In this document: positions 24,700 to 36,533 of the stretch, piece by piece
How positions within the stretch are numbered: the first letter of the stretch is position 1
Layout of the letters: the number at the start of each line of letters is the position of its first letter
NCBI RefSeq assembly: GCF_018977255.1
Contig: NW_024705330.1
Location: 1-54,175 of the forward strand
Source: Callorhinchus milii
Taxonomy: Eukaryota
Direction of reading: 5' to 3'
DNA: 54,175 nucleotides
Translations under genes and position numbers: made by a program
Notes under the pieces: model-generated
Database searches by the model: none
What the model was told of the DNA's origin: nothing
The model's input: the letters and a program-made list of their open reading frames with translations, nothing else

Positions 24700-25785
24700 C
24701 CAAAACAAATGGTTGTCATTATTTCCTGATCAAACTTTGTTTGCAACATAACCAAGAGCATCAAAACCACCAAGACTTTATGGGCTACCAAAAATTCACA
24801 AACCTTATGTCCTATTAAGACCTATAGTACAATCGGCTCTGCCACGTACAAATTAGCACAATGAAACAAATACAGCCATACATCGGTAGGACTTCTTCGT
24901 TCATCAAAAACTCTGAACATCTCGTAAATATAATCAAACCCTAATGATATTCTCATAAGTTTTGATGTGACTTCTCTTTTCACGAGGGTTCCGGTCAACG
25001 AGTCAATTAAATTACTCGACACTCTGGTAACGAACAAAGATTCAGCCAAAGATATCCCAAGACTAGCTGAACACTGTCTAAAGAACACTTACTTCTTGTG
25101 GCAAGGTAACTTCTATAAACAAAAGGAACGAGCAGAAATGGGCTCTCCCTTGTCTCCTGTGATAGCGAATTTGTACACGGAAGATTTTGAAACACAAGCA
25201 ATAGCTTCAGGTACACTAAAACCATCTACTCGTTTAGATATGTGGATGACACATTGATGGTCTGGCCAAACGGCAAAGATACACTGAACGCTTTTCTAAA
25301 TCATCTCAACTGGCAAAACCCATCCATCCAGTTCACCATGGAAGTGGAAGCTGACAGAACTCTACCATTTCTGGATATTCTGCTCGGACGAGGTCAAAAT
25401 GGCATAATAACACAGTGTTTACCAAAATAAAACGCATACAGACGCCTATCTGAATGCAGAGTCACACCATCACCCCGCACAGAAATTTGCTCATTCATCG
25501 AGCTAAGAAAGTGTCAGATGGTGACAGTCTGAGAAGTGAATTCAACATGTTAAAGAAGCGCTGCAAATGAACGGTTACAATGATGCACAAATTAATAGCG
25601 CATTGAATGCCAAAACCAAATCAAATAACACGAGCATTGAAACTGCCCAAGTAATTAAAAGGATCAAAATACCGGACATTGCGGGAGTAACTGATAAACT
25701 TGCCAGATGTTTGGAAAAACAAAACATCGAGTCATATTTGGCATGGTACATAAAATACAGAAATTTATATCTGGTACAAAATATG
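24700..25785 (+). pseudogene. Penelope reverse transcriptase relic (5' part)
   Basis: PPRLYGLPKIHKP, LRPI, SFDVTSLFTRVP, MGSPLSPVIANLY, RYVDD, LPFLDILL, HHHPAQK, NGY, across several frameshifts and stops. Confidence 0.9.
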
Positions 25786-26059
25786 TGTAGAGGAGTAGAG
25801 GAGAGTGGTGGCGTCGTGTGCGCTGTCCGGTGCGGTGACATCACGGGACATGGGGTCGCACGCGCTGGGCAGTGCACGTGACGTCACCCCTCCTAGGGTA
25901 TTTAAGGGAGACCCCGTGACGTAAGCGGGGTCACTGGAGGAATGGGGATAGTAGAAGGGGTAAAGAGGGAACCAGGGATAGTGATACGTGTTAATAAACC
26001 CTGGCGGAAGCCCCTAACTCACCTCCGTCTCCGAGTACGTCCGTCGGAACTACTCAACA
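25786..26059 (+). repeat. 5' LTR of Gypsy A (274 bp)
   Basis: Matches 32738-33009 except 2 substitutions and 2 single-base indels by eye. Contains GTGACGTCAC (CRE-like), TATTTAA and AATAAA. Confidence 0.97.
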
Positions 26060-26061
26060 AC

Positions 26062-26074
26062 TGGTGTCAGTAGT
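26062..26074 (+). promoter_or_regulatory. Primer binding site, tRNA-Leu-like
   Basis: tggtgtcagtagt 2 nt after the LTR, resembling TGGTGTCAG(A/G)AGT, the complement of tRNA-Leu 3' ends. Confidence 0.75.
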
Positions 26075-26206
26075 TTACATCGTCGCCACAATGTCTAAAG
26101 CGGGCGCACGGCGTAAGAACCCACCGGCACATCACTTGGAGGGTGCCGAAGGCGGAGAGGAGGCTCCAGCAGTGACCCGGAGCCCGGGACCCCGGTGACG
26201 GTCCCC

Positions 26207-29200
26207 ATGGAGACGAGCGGGCCGGAGCGGGAGGAGTCGGCTGCGGGGAGTGCCAGCTCACCGCCGCCGCCAGAGACGGAGAGCGTCCCCGCAGCTCTGC
26301 TGCAGCAGGTCCTGCAGGCGGTGGGGCAGCTGACCGTCAGGTTGGCCGAGGTGGAGGCGCGGACGCAGCCAACCGGCCCGCACTCGGGACGGGAGCAACC
26401 GTCAACCGCCATCGTTGAAACCGCCGCCGTTTTCCCAGCGACCGCTCCACCGGAAATGGCCGCCATGTTGGCTGCGACGCAATCCACGGCGGCCATGTTG
26501 GCTCGGGAGCCGTATGCGGCCGCTGCTACGGCTGCGACGCGGCGGCCGGCGGACATTGTTGCTGCGACGCCGCAAGTCGGCGCCATGGCTGCCATGGCGA
26601 CCGCGACGCCGCGTCTCTCCACCGACGCGGCCGGGGTTTCTCGGCACGCCGCTCCTGCGGGACCAGCCGCCGGCGACGACGCGGCTTCACATCAAGCTGC
26701 GCCCGCCGGGGGGGCCGCCGGGGTGGCAGCGGCTGCCGCTGCCCGTACATCGCCGTGCGCCGGAATGGGCCGCGGGTGCTGCCGCGGCTCCACCTGTCGC
26801 CGCGCTCACGGGGCCGGCCACCGGCGATGCCGCGGCTCTGCACCTCGCCGTGCCTGCGTCCCTTGTCATGGATGCCGCCGCGGCTCCGTGTTATACCGCC
26901 GCGTCTTCGGCGTGGCCCGGGGAGGCCGCAATGCCGCCGCCTCGCCGCGTCGCGGAGGTTGCCGCGGCTACGGCCGCTGTCCCGCACCTCGCTGCGCCGG
27001 CGGGGTGGGCCGCGGGGGCCGCCGCGGCTCCGTGTTATACCGCCGCGTCTTCGGCGTGGCCCATGGAGGCTGCAACGCCGTGGTGCCTCGCCGCGTCGCG
27101 AGAGGTTGCCGCGGCTACGGCCGCTGTCCCGCACCTCGCTGCGCCGGCGGGGTGGGCCGCGGGGGCCGCTGCAGGCCCGAATTATACCGCCGCGTCTTCG
27201 GCGTGGCCCGTGGAGGCTGCAACGCCGTGGTCCCTCGCCGCGTCGCGGAGGCTTCCGCGGCCACGCACCTCACCGTGCCTGCGGGGCGGGCCGCGGACGA
27301 CGCCGTGGCTTCGTACGCCGCCGCTGACAGGTGGGTCGCGAAAGCGCAGGCGCCTTCACACCTCGCTGCGTCTACGGCGTGGCCCATGGGGGCCGCAACT
27401 CAGCCGCACTTCGCTGCGCCTACGGCGTGGCCCATGGGGGCCGCAACTCAGCCGCACTTCGCTGCACCTACGGCGTGGCCCATGGGGGCCGCAACTCAGC
27501 CGCACTTCGCTGCGCCTACGGCGTGGCCCATGGGGCCGCAGCACCACCGCACCTTTCCGGTCTTCGGCGTGGCCCGGCCGACGCGGGGGCCGCAATGCTG
27601 CCACCGCCGCACCACGTCGCGTCCGCCGGGTGGCCCGCAGGTGCCGCTTGGCTTCCACACCTCGCGGCGCCGCGCGGCCAATGGCAGCGCCGGTTACCCG
27701 ACGTTGCGCCGTTTGTCGCGCAAGGGGGCGACTGGTCGGCCTTCCAGGACCGGTTCGACGCGGCATACATGTCGGTCGGCTGGTCCATGGAGGAGGCCTT
27801 GCCGGCGCTTCCGACCTGCTTGGACGAAAGGGCTCTGCAGGCCTTCAAGTCCATCCATCCGGCCAATCGGGCTACACTCCCGGCGGCCTATATCCAAATG
27901 GCCAACGTTTTTGAGCCGCCGTCCTGCGCGCAGCTAAAGTTCTCATTGCGGCGGCGGGAGGAGGGGGAACTGCCGCTGGCCTTCCGCTGCTCGCTCCTGG
28001 CCCTGGCGCAGGCTGCATACCCTGACCTGTACGGCAGGGCACTTGATTCTATGGCCTTGGGGAAGCTGCTTGACCTGGCAAGGGAGCTAGGAATTGCTCT
28101 GTCGATCAACAATGATCGGCAGATCACATCCTTGGCGGTCGCCGAAAACATTCAGGCGCACCTCTCCCTCCGCCAACGGCCTCAGATGGCGGCGTGTGCG
28201 GGGGTCCCGGCGCCGGACGGGGGGGCCACCTCTCAGGGGGTGGACACCCTCGCGGCCCTGGCGATGCCCGATCGTCGAGGAAGGGGGGCGGGTGGTCGCC
28301 GTCCGGAGCAGCGGGGGCGGCCGGGACCTTCCCGTCCGCAGGAGGCGGACACGGTGGCCTGCTTCCGCTGTGGTCAGCGGGGCCACATTGAGCGGGGCTG
28401 CCGGAATGCCCCGGGGGCCTTTGGAAAAGGGACTCCACCTTCTCCCAGACCCTCGTTGGCATCGGGTCCGGGGCCCCAGGCGAGTCGCGACGCATCATCT
28501 GCGCGGCCGCTCCCTTCACCTCATGCATCTAGCGGGGCTAGGGCCCATCGTCATGGGGTTGTCCTCGAAGGGTCGGGTGCACCATCGTCATCACCCCCTC
28601 AATGGCCCAGACAGACCCGCCACTGGGATGCGCTTGCGCATAGGATGGTGGCGGCAGCTGCCGGCTCCTCAGCGGTGGCAGGATATGTGCAAGGGGTGCA
28701 CGTTCGCCTCCTGGTGGATACGGGGGCGTCGGCCACCATTATTTCTGAGGCCATTTTTGGGCTGCTACCCCGCAGCGTGGGTCCGTTAAGGCCGGTTCGC
28801 GGGGCTTGTGTCGCCGCGAACGGCGGCAGTTTGGGCATCTTGGGCCACGTTGTAGCGTCGGTTCGGGTTGACGAGATTGAGTTGGCCGGGCCTATTTTGG
28901 TCTCCAGGACCTTGGCAGTGCCATGCCTCTTGGGGACCGACTTTTTGTCTAGGATGCCCATCCGAATTCTCGTTGACCAGGGCTGTGTGGAAATGCCGTC
29001 AGGGAGGCGGCTGCAATTCCTACAATCGCCTACCGTCCTGTCTCCCTTGGTCGCCGGTGTACGGGCCTTGAATAAAGCGCCGGTGACCGTACCACCGGCG
29101 TCACAAATCCTGATACCCCTTAGGTTGCGCAAACCGCTCGAAATGGGCTCCACGGAGACGGGTATCCTCCTGTCCCCGTCAAGCTACTTTTCAAGGACGA

Positions 29201-32200
29201 AGGGGTTGGTGGGCGCCTTGACAGCCGTGTCGGGGGGCCAGGACCTTTTTTTGCAGGTCCTCAATTCGGGACCCTTGCCGGTCGTAGTCCCGGCCGGCGC
29301 CGTCCTGGCACACGCGACCCCGGCTCCTCCACCCGAGAGCGCTGCCCCGGATGGAGGGGTCGTGGCGGGCGTGATGCGCACGGGGGACCCCGACGCATCA
29401 TGGATCGCCACGTTGTGCGACGAGAATGCCTCGTTGTCCTCCGGGGAACGTCGGCAACTCCGCGACCTCATCGAGCGGTTCACCGATGTGTTCAGCCAAA
29501 GTAAGTTTGATCTGGGTCGCACTACTCTTTTGGACCACCACATAGACACGGGCGACGCGGCCCCTATTCGACTTAATTCCCACCGCTTTAGCCCAGCGGA
29601 AAAAGATCATGTCCGCTCGGCTGTCGAGGAAATGTTGGCGGCGGACATCATCTCCCCATCTACTAGCCCTTGGGGTGCCCCCATTGTGCTAGTCAAGAAA
29701 CGGGACGGGAGTCTCCGGTTCTGCGTCGATTTTCGTAGATTGAACAAGATCTCGGTGGCTGATGCATATCCATTGCCTCGCATGGATGATTCCCTGGACG
29801 CCCTCTCGGGCGCGCGGTTCTTTTCGACTTTAGATTTGCTCTCCGGCTTCTGGCAATTGCCACTGGATGAGGCCTCTAGACCCAAAACAGCGTTCCGCAC
29901 GCCCCAGGGGTTGTTCGAGTTCAATCGGCTTCCTATGGGTCTCCATTCGGCCCCGGCCACCTTCCAGCGTCTCATGGAGATGGTCTTGGCGGGGCTGCAG
30001 TGGGAGTCTTGTCTAATCTACTTGGATGACGTTATTGTTTTTGGCCGTACGTTTGGCGAGCACTTGCAACGCCTTGAGGCGGTGTTCGTCAAAGTGCGTG
30101 CTGCTGGCTTGAAATTCAAACCCCAGAAATGCCACTTGCTACAACCATCGGTGAAGTATTTGGGACACATTGTTAGCACGTCAGGTGTCGCCACGGACCC
30201 GGATAAAACGGCTTGTGTCCGGACGTGGCCGACTCCCACATCTGTCGCGGAGGTGCGTAGCTTCGTTGGCTTCGCATCGTACTATCGCCGGTTTGTCCGC
30301 GATTTTGCGACAATTGCGAAGCCACTGCACGCCCTTTCCGCCAAAGGCCAAAGGTTTCACTGGGGCGCGGAGGAGGAGGCGGCTTTTGCGGCGCTTCGCA
30401 CGGCCTTGGCGGATGCGCCGCCCTTGGGGTACCCGGATTTTTCGAAACCCTTCCTGCTCGATACCGATGCCAGCGACACGGGAATTGGGGCTGTCCTGGC
30501 CCAGGTGGTCGACGGGGTTGAGAGGGTGGTAGCCTATGGCAGTCGCGTTCTGTCCTCGACGGAACAGCGATATTGTGTGACCCGGAGGGAGCTTTTGGCC
30601 ATAGTTTATTTTGTTCAGTTGTATAGACCATATTTGTACGGTAGGCTGTTTACGGTCCGAACCGACCACGCGGCCCTGCAATATTCGCTGAAGATTAGTC
30701 AGCCCTCGGGTCAGCTGTCTCGCTGGCTCGAAGTGCTCCAGGATTACCCCTTTGATGTAATCCACAGGAAGGGGACACAGCATGGAAATGCGGACGGTTT
30801 ATCCCGATTGCCGGCAGGCGGCGGGTGTGCTTGCGCCCTGGGCTCTAGCCGTTGCAAGGCCCCAGGGGACGCCGCGGCCCAGTTGGTCGCGTCGGCCGAG
30901 GCGGCCACCCCTCCAGGTGCGGCGGCGCCCGCGGATTTCGGCCTTGGACTTCCCCGGGAGGTATGGTCCAGCTTGCAGATGGAGGATTCCTCTCTGCTGA
31001 AGCTACGGCGCCGTGTCGGACATAAGGCCCGGAGCTCAGCTTCGTCGGCTGCCCCGGCGATCGCCGTGCATGACGGACTCCTCATGCGTTGGGATGCCCA
31101 ATTGGAACGCTATTGTGTGGTTGTGCCCACTAGCCTGCGTGGTAAATTAACCCGAGCCATTCACGAGAAGCTTATGCACCTTGGCTACCACAAGACCTTA
31201 TTGACCCTTAAGCGGGACTATTACTGGCCGGGTGTTGAGGGTGACGTGGCACTGATTTTGAAGGGTTGCCACGACTGCGCGCGGAGGAAGGCCCCAGTTG
31301 TCCGGGACCGGGCCCCGCTGCAGTCCATCCGGGTTTCTCGCGTTAATGAGCTCGTGGCGCTCGACATTTTGGGGCCATTCCCTGCATCCCAACGGGGCCA
31401 CAAATACCTCTTGGTGGGCGTTGAGTACCTCACACGTTGGCCCATGGCATGGCCTTTGGTCGATCAGTCGGCCTCTTCTATCACCGAGGCCTTCGTCCAG
31501 GGGTACGTGTTTGACAAGGGCGCGCCGGAACAATTGTTGACTGACCAGGGGCGGAATTTCTCGTCTAGGTTGCTCAAGGAGGTGTGTGACCTCCTTGGCA
31601 CCAAGAAAATCCGCACCTCGCCCTACCACCCCCAGTCAGACGGGATGGTAGAGCGCTTGAACCGCACCCTTACGTCCATGCTGTGCCACCAGGTGAACAC
31701 GTCCCAGTCAGACTGGGACCTGTTCGTCCCGGGGGTCTTGGCGGCGTATCGGTTGGCCCCTCATGCCTCCACGGGATTTTCGCCTTTTTATTTGATGTAC
31801 GGTAGGGAACCGGAGCCCCCGGTGCACGTCCAGATGGACGTTGGCTCCTCCAAGAAGGGGTCGGCGGTGCCGACCCCTTTGAAGGTCGCGCTTGACCGGC
31901 TGCGCGAGGCGCGACAGGCCGCTGCCGAGAATTCCGCAAGCCGGCAGGCGGCTAATGAGCGGCTGCCCAAACACCAGGCAGCTGGCCTCCCGTGGGTAGC
32001 GGGTCAAAAAGCGTGGCTGCATTGTCCCCAGGTCCCCGTTGGCACATCGGCCAAATTGCATCGCCCTTGGCAGGGCCCCGTGGAGGTTGTGGAGGTCCGC
32101 CGGCCGCAATGCGTCCGGATTCGGTTCGGTCGCCGGCAGTGGATAGTGCACCCGTCCCGGCTCAAACGTTATGTTCCATCTACCCTGGGGGATCCACCCC

Positions 32201-32517
32201 CAATTCCGGAGCGGCCGGCTGATGATGTATCCGGCGTGCCTGACCGGCCGGGTCTCGTTGACGGAGGTGACGTCCGACCTGTGTGTGTGCCCCCAGGCCC
32301 CTCCCGAGTGAGGCCGACAGAGACCCCCCGGTCACCGGAGGCCACGGCGGTGGGCCTGTTGCCCGCTGACGGGCCACCTGCACGGGTGGCGGACACCGCA
32401 CGGGGAGCGGGCCAGCAGCGCATACCCGCTCGAGGGGGATGCGGCTCCGGTGACGGCCCTGATGGCCGTTCAGCGGGCCCAGCCCCTGGCGCCCGTTCGG
32501 CGCTATCCGGCGGATGA
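26207..32517 (+). CDS. Gag-Pol polyprotein of Gypsy A; N-terminal region frameshifted, 27331-32517 open
   Basis: Zinc knuckle CFRCGQRGHIERGC, protease LVDTGAS, RT YLDD, RNase H DTDAS..RELLA..TDH, integrase HHCC, D-D-E and GP(V) motif. Confidence 0.93.
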
Positions 32518-32737
32518 GGCCTTCGGGCTCTATTTGTTTTGTTTTTTTGTTGTTGTGGTTGTTGTTGCTGTTCTGCTTGAGGGCCGTGCTGCCCTAAGGT
32601 TGAGTTTTCTAGCAGCCGGTTTTACCTTCAGGCACACGAACTCGTGATTATTCGGTCTTCGGTCCGGTGTGGGGCCCCGCTTGCGGGGTGATTGCAGCCG
32701 GGTCGGCTGTTTTTTTTTCACGGGGGGGGGGGGGTGA

Positions 32738-33009
32738 TGTAGAGGAGTAGAGGGAGTGGTGGCGTCGTGTGCGCTGTCCGGTGCGGTGACATCACGGGAC
32801 GTGGGGTCGCACGCGCTGGGCAGTGCACGTGACGTCACCCCTCCTAGGGTATTTAAGGGAGACCCCGTGACGTAAGCGGGGTCACTGGAGGAACGGGGAT
32901 AGTAGAAGGGGTAAGAGGGAACCAGGGATAGTGATACGTGTTAATAAACCCTGGCGGAAGCCCCTAACTCACCTCCGTCTCCGAGTACGTCCGTCGGAAC
33001 TACTCAACA
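32738..33009 (+). repeat. 3' LTR of Gypsy A (272 bp), preceded by a poly-G PPT (32722-32734)
   Basis: Direct repeat of 25786-26059. Confidence 0.97.
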
Positions 33010-33300
33010 TATGTATTACCGAAGCTATCAACAGAAGGTGTGTACAGGATCAATTGCACGTGTGGTAAATGTTATGTTGGGCAAACAGGACGAATGATCA
33101 GCACGAGACTAAAAGAACATCTCCCAAATACAACTGTCGGCAGTAGCAGAACACGCGTGCCAACAAGGACATTCAATTGATTTTGATAATGTTGAAGTTC
33201 TGTGCAAAACTAGCTACTACTGGCCAAGACTAATTAGAGAATCTATCGAAATTGAAGTAAATAAAAATAACTTTAACCGTTCGAATAGCTACCGCCTTAG
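33010..33300 (+). pseudogene. Penelope GIY-YIG endonuclease relic (continues 24700-25785)
   Basis: GVYRINCTCGKCYVGQTGR..TRLKEH..SAVAEH..RLIRESIEI..NNFNR. Confidence 0.9.
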
Positions 33301-33314
33301 TGCTGCGTGGAGGC

Positions 33315-34091
33315 CACCACTTACTCTTACACCCACCCACCACTCACTTTCATGCCGGCCCACTCACTCTCACGCACGACCACCCACCCCACACCCACCA
33401 CTCACTCCCGTCCAATCACTCACCACTCACTCTCACACCCATTCACCCACTCTCACGCCCGCCAAACCACCCACCACCTCTCACGCCGCCAACCCACCCA
33501 CCACTCACTCTCTCACACCCACTCACTCACCACTCACTTTCACGCCCGCCCACTCACTACTCACTGTCACACCCACACACTCACCATTCACTCTCACACC
33601 CACTCACCACTCACTATCACACCCACCCACTCACTACTCACTGTCACACCCACATACTCACCACTCACTCTCACACCCACCCACCACTTACGCTCGCCCA
33701 CTATCACCACTCACCCTCACGCCCACGCACCCATCACTCTCTCACACCTACCCTCCACTCTCACACCCACCCATCACTCACTCTCACACCCACCCACTCA
33801 CCACTCACTCTCACACCCACTCACTCACCACTCACTACCGCCCACTCACTCACCACTCACTCTCACGCCCGCCCACCACTCACTGTAACACCCACCGACT
33901 CACTAACCACTCACTGTCATGCTCCCCCACTCACTCACCAATCACTTTCACACCCACCCACTCAACCACTACTCACTAACACCCACTCAGTCACCACTCA
34001 CTTTAATGCTCGTCCACTCATCATTCACTCTCACATGCGCTTACCCACCCACCACTCACTCTCACACCCTCCCACTCACCCACCCACTCAC
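33315..34091. repeat. (CAC/CACT)n low-complexity tract
   Basis: Directly visible. Confidence 0.9.
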
Positions 34092-34337
34092 TTTCGCACC
34101 CGCCCACCGTGGTGGTGACCGTGGTGGCCGTGTTGGCGGTGGCCGTGGTGGCAGTGGCCGTGGTGACAATGACCGTGGTGGTGGTGGCCGTGCGTGGGAG
34201 CCCGTGGCAGGAAACGCTCCCTGATGAAGTGGAGGCTCCACTCGATGTGAGTGCAGGAGCGGCTCCTCAACCTCCTTGCCCACCTCCTCCTTGTCCACGT
34301 CCTCAAACGGCCTCCGAGGGTTCGTACAGCGGCCCCC
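34092..34337 (-). CDS. Candidate exon (82 codons, phase 0-0) of an unidentified gene
   Basis: Pyrimidine-rich acceptor ...ttccctcgtcag|GGG, donor AAA|gtgagt, open frame GGRCTNPRRPFEDVDKEEV... Confidence 0.45.
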
Positions 34338-34367
34338 CTGACGAGGGAACGACGAGGTGGATATCTA

Positions 34368-34710
34368 CGGGGAGGAAGACGTGGAGGAGGGGAGGAGGGG
34401 GAAGGAGGATGGAGATACAGGGAGGAAACAGACATGAGATGGGAGACACGAGGGATAGAGGGAGACACGGGGATGAGGAGGGAGACACGGGGAGGAGGGA
34501 GACACGGAGAGGAGGGGGAGAACCAGGGAGGAGGGAGACGCGGGTAGGAGGGAGACGCGGGGAGGAGGGAGACACGGGGATGAGGAGGAAGACATGGAAA
34601 GGAGGAAGACATGGGGAGGAGGAGAGAGATACGGGGAGAAGGAGAGATACATGGTGAGGAGGGGGAAAACATGGGGAGGAGGAGGTAGACATGGGGAGGA
34701 GGAGAGAGGC
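34368..34710. repeat. GA-rich minisatellite (ggagacacggggagga-like)
   Basis: Directly visible; same motif family at 42670-42890. Confidence 0.85.
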
Positions 34711-34821
34711 TTGATTCCCAATTGACTTGTCTGCGTACAGTGCGAAAGAAGTTCAACATACATCACCACTGGGGGAGGGTGGTGGTGGGCGGGAGGGGGG
34801 AGGAGGCGGGGGTGGGGGTAC

Positions 34822-34904
34822 CTCGGCGGAGTGGTCAGGTGACCTCAGGTGGGCCACCTCGTGCTGCATGGTACTGTAGTTAGCGATCTTGGTCACAGAA
34901 CCCC
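34822..34904 (-). CDS. Candidate 83-nt exon, splices in frame to 34092-34337
   Basis: tgctag|GG acceptor, GAG|gtaccc donor, open frame GSVTKIANYSTMQHEVAHLRSPDHSAE ending in phase 0. Confidence 0.35.
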
Positions 34905-35724
34905 CTAGCACAACAACCACATCAACAACCACAAATACCACAACAACATCAGCCACAACAACTATAACCACAACCACAAAGATTCCCTGGGTAACCCCTT
35001 AACAGACTGTTGGGGCAAGTGCTGTGAGCGAGTAGCAGCAGCGCCTATGAAGGCTATGGGCACTGCGGCACATGAGGGGGTGGGTGGCCAGGACCATGCT
35101 CCCCCGAACACCTTTGTCTCCCCCAGTGGCAATGTTAACTACACACCGCCGCACCAGGTTACTCATTTGAGGCCGAATCGACATAGGGGAGGCCCAGGAC
35201 CTGTTCAGATCATCTCTATCACTGGGTGGTGTTGGTGGCCGTCAGCGGGAATTGAACTCTGGTCCGCTGGGTTCGTAGCACGGCAAAGGGGTTATGCCAC
35301 CGTTCCCCACAATATTTTGCTGTTTTTTCCTGGATTTTCTGTTTGCACATAGTCACATTAAGATGTTTTCTTGTTCATGTTTTTGTCTTTTGTTTGTTGC
35401 GGTTGCACCCGATTCAAGAGCCGAATGGCTCACAGGGCTATACCAAATAAATGAAAAAATGAAAACTGAACACAACCAACCACAACTACGTCGTCGTCAT
35501 TACACAATACAGGTGTTGTTGTTGGGTTAGTTGACGTAAACGACGTGTCGTGAAACCTGCCACCACCTGACCACACAGCCAATCAGTAACGGGGTTTGTC
35601 ACGTAAACAGATCTGGCTGTCGCCTGATGATGCCGGTTGTAATTGCTGGCGAAACGTCACCATACTCAAGACTATAAATTCTGTGGATTTGCTCTCCAAC
35701 ACACAACCGGTTGTGCTGTACTAG

Positions 35725-36284
35725 TGTAGTGAGTTCCAGGGAGACTGACGACGGAGTCGAGGCACACTTTTTTATTAAACTCAAGGGCAGTACAATACTT
35801 GAAGGGGTAACGGCCCCTTCACCCGTACTAGATGGGAAAACACCCCTAGCACTATTCCCCTGTCCTGTTCCCAGTCCTCCTCTAATAGTGCTATGGGAGG
35901 CTGTCTGATCCGGCCCTGGTAAAGCACGGATCCCGGCACCCAGCTAACCCAGCCTTGCTCTTACAAGAGCAGAGGTCCGGAAGCTCTTGGGCCGCGCCAC
36001 TGGCTTGCCCAGCTCGGCCCTGACAAGGGCAGCGAGACAGGGAGTCCCAGGGCCTATTCTGCCGGTCTTCAGACTTCACTGGTAAGCTTCTTCCACACTG
36101 GCCCCGAGCTCTCTGGCTCCCCGCCTTTTATAGGAATCCCCTCCGAGGGGTGGAGTTATGGGGGATCACAGAGCCCCCATGGCCCCCCAGTGGTTAACGG
36201 ATGCGGACGTGGATGTAGACACCCGTGTGTGGGTGCAGACACCCTTTGTTTTCTGTCCACCCTTCTCCCGTAATAACCCCTACA
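35725..36284 (-). repeat. 3' LTR of Gypsy B (560 bp)
   Basis: Near-identical to 41910-42471. Confidence 0.97.
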
Positions 36285-36533
36285 TCACCCCCCCCCCTGT
36301 ACAGCCCGCAGCCGTCCCGGCTGCAACAAAACCCCTCAAAAGCCACAACAATAAAGACTTAACACAGTCAACATGTGTGTGCCCCGTAACAATAACAAGA
36401 GTAACAAACAACCGACGGTCCCCTATAAATACCCCAGCCCCAACATGCAAACATATGTACAGTGTGATTCCCCCCCCCCAAAAAAAAAAAGGTGAGCGAG
36501 CCCCACGGCAGCGGAACACGCGCGGGAAGCAAC

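Larger units (their letters stand above)
25786..33009 (+). mobile_element. Complete Ty3/Gypsy LTR retrotransposon (element A)
   Basis: TG...CA LTR pair; 4-bp TSD tatg (25782-25785 / 33010-33013); PBS; poly-G PPT; domain order gag-PR-RT-RH-IN. Confidence 0.97.

Noticed and set aside
26067..32423. Many antisense and alternate-frame ORFs within Gypsy A (and likewise in B)
   Set aside because: Shadow ORFs caused by very high GC content.
32170..32737. Possible env or chromodomain after the integrase
   Set aside because: Only a Pro/Gly-rich tail and a short T-rich UTR; no such motifs.
33300..34769. Long His/Pro/Ser-rich ORFs (also 45299-46791)
   Set aside because: Low-complexity repeat translations.
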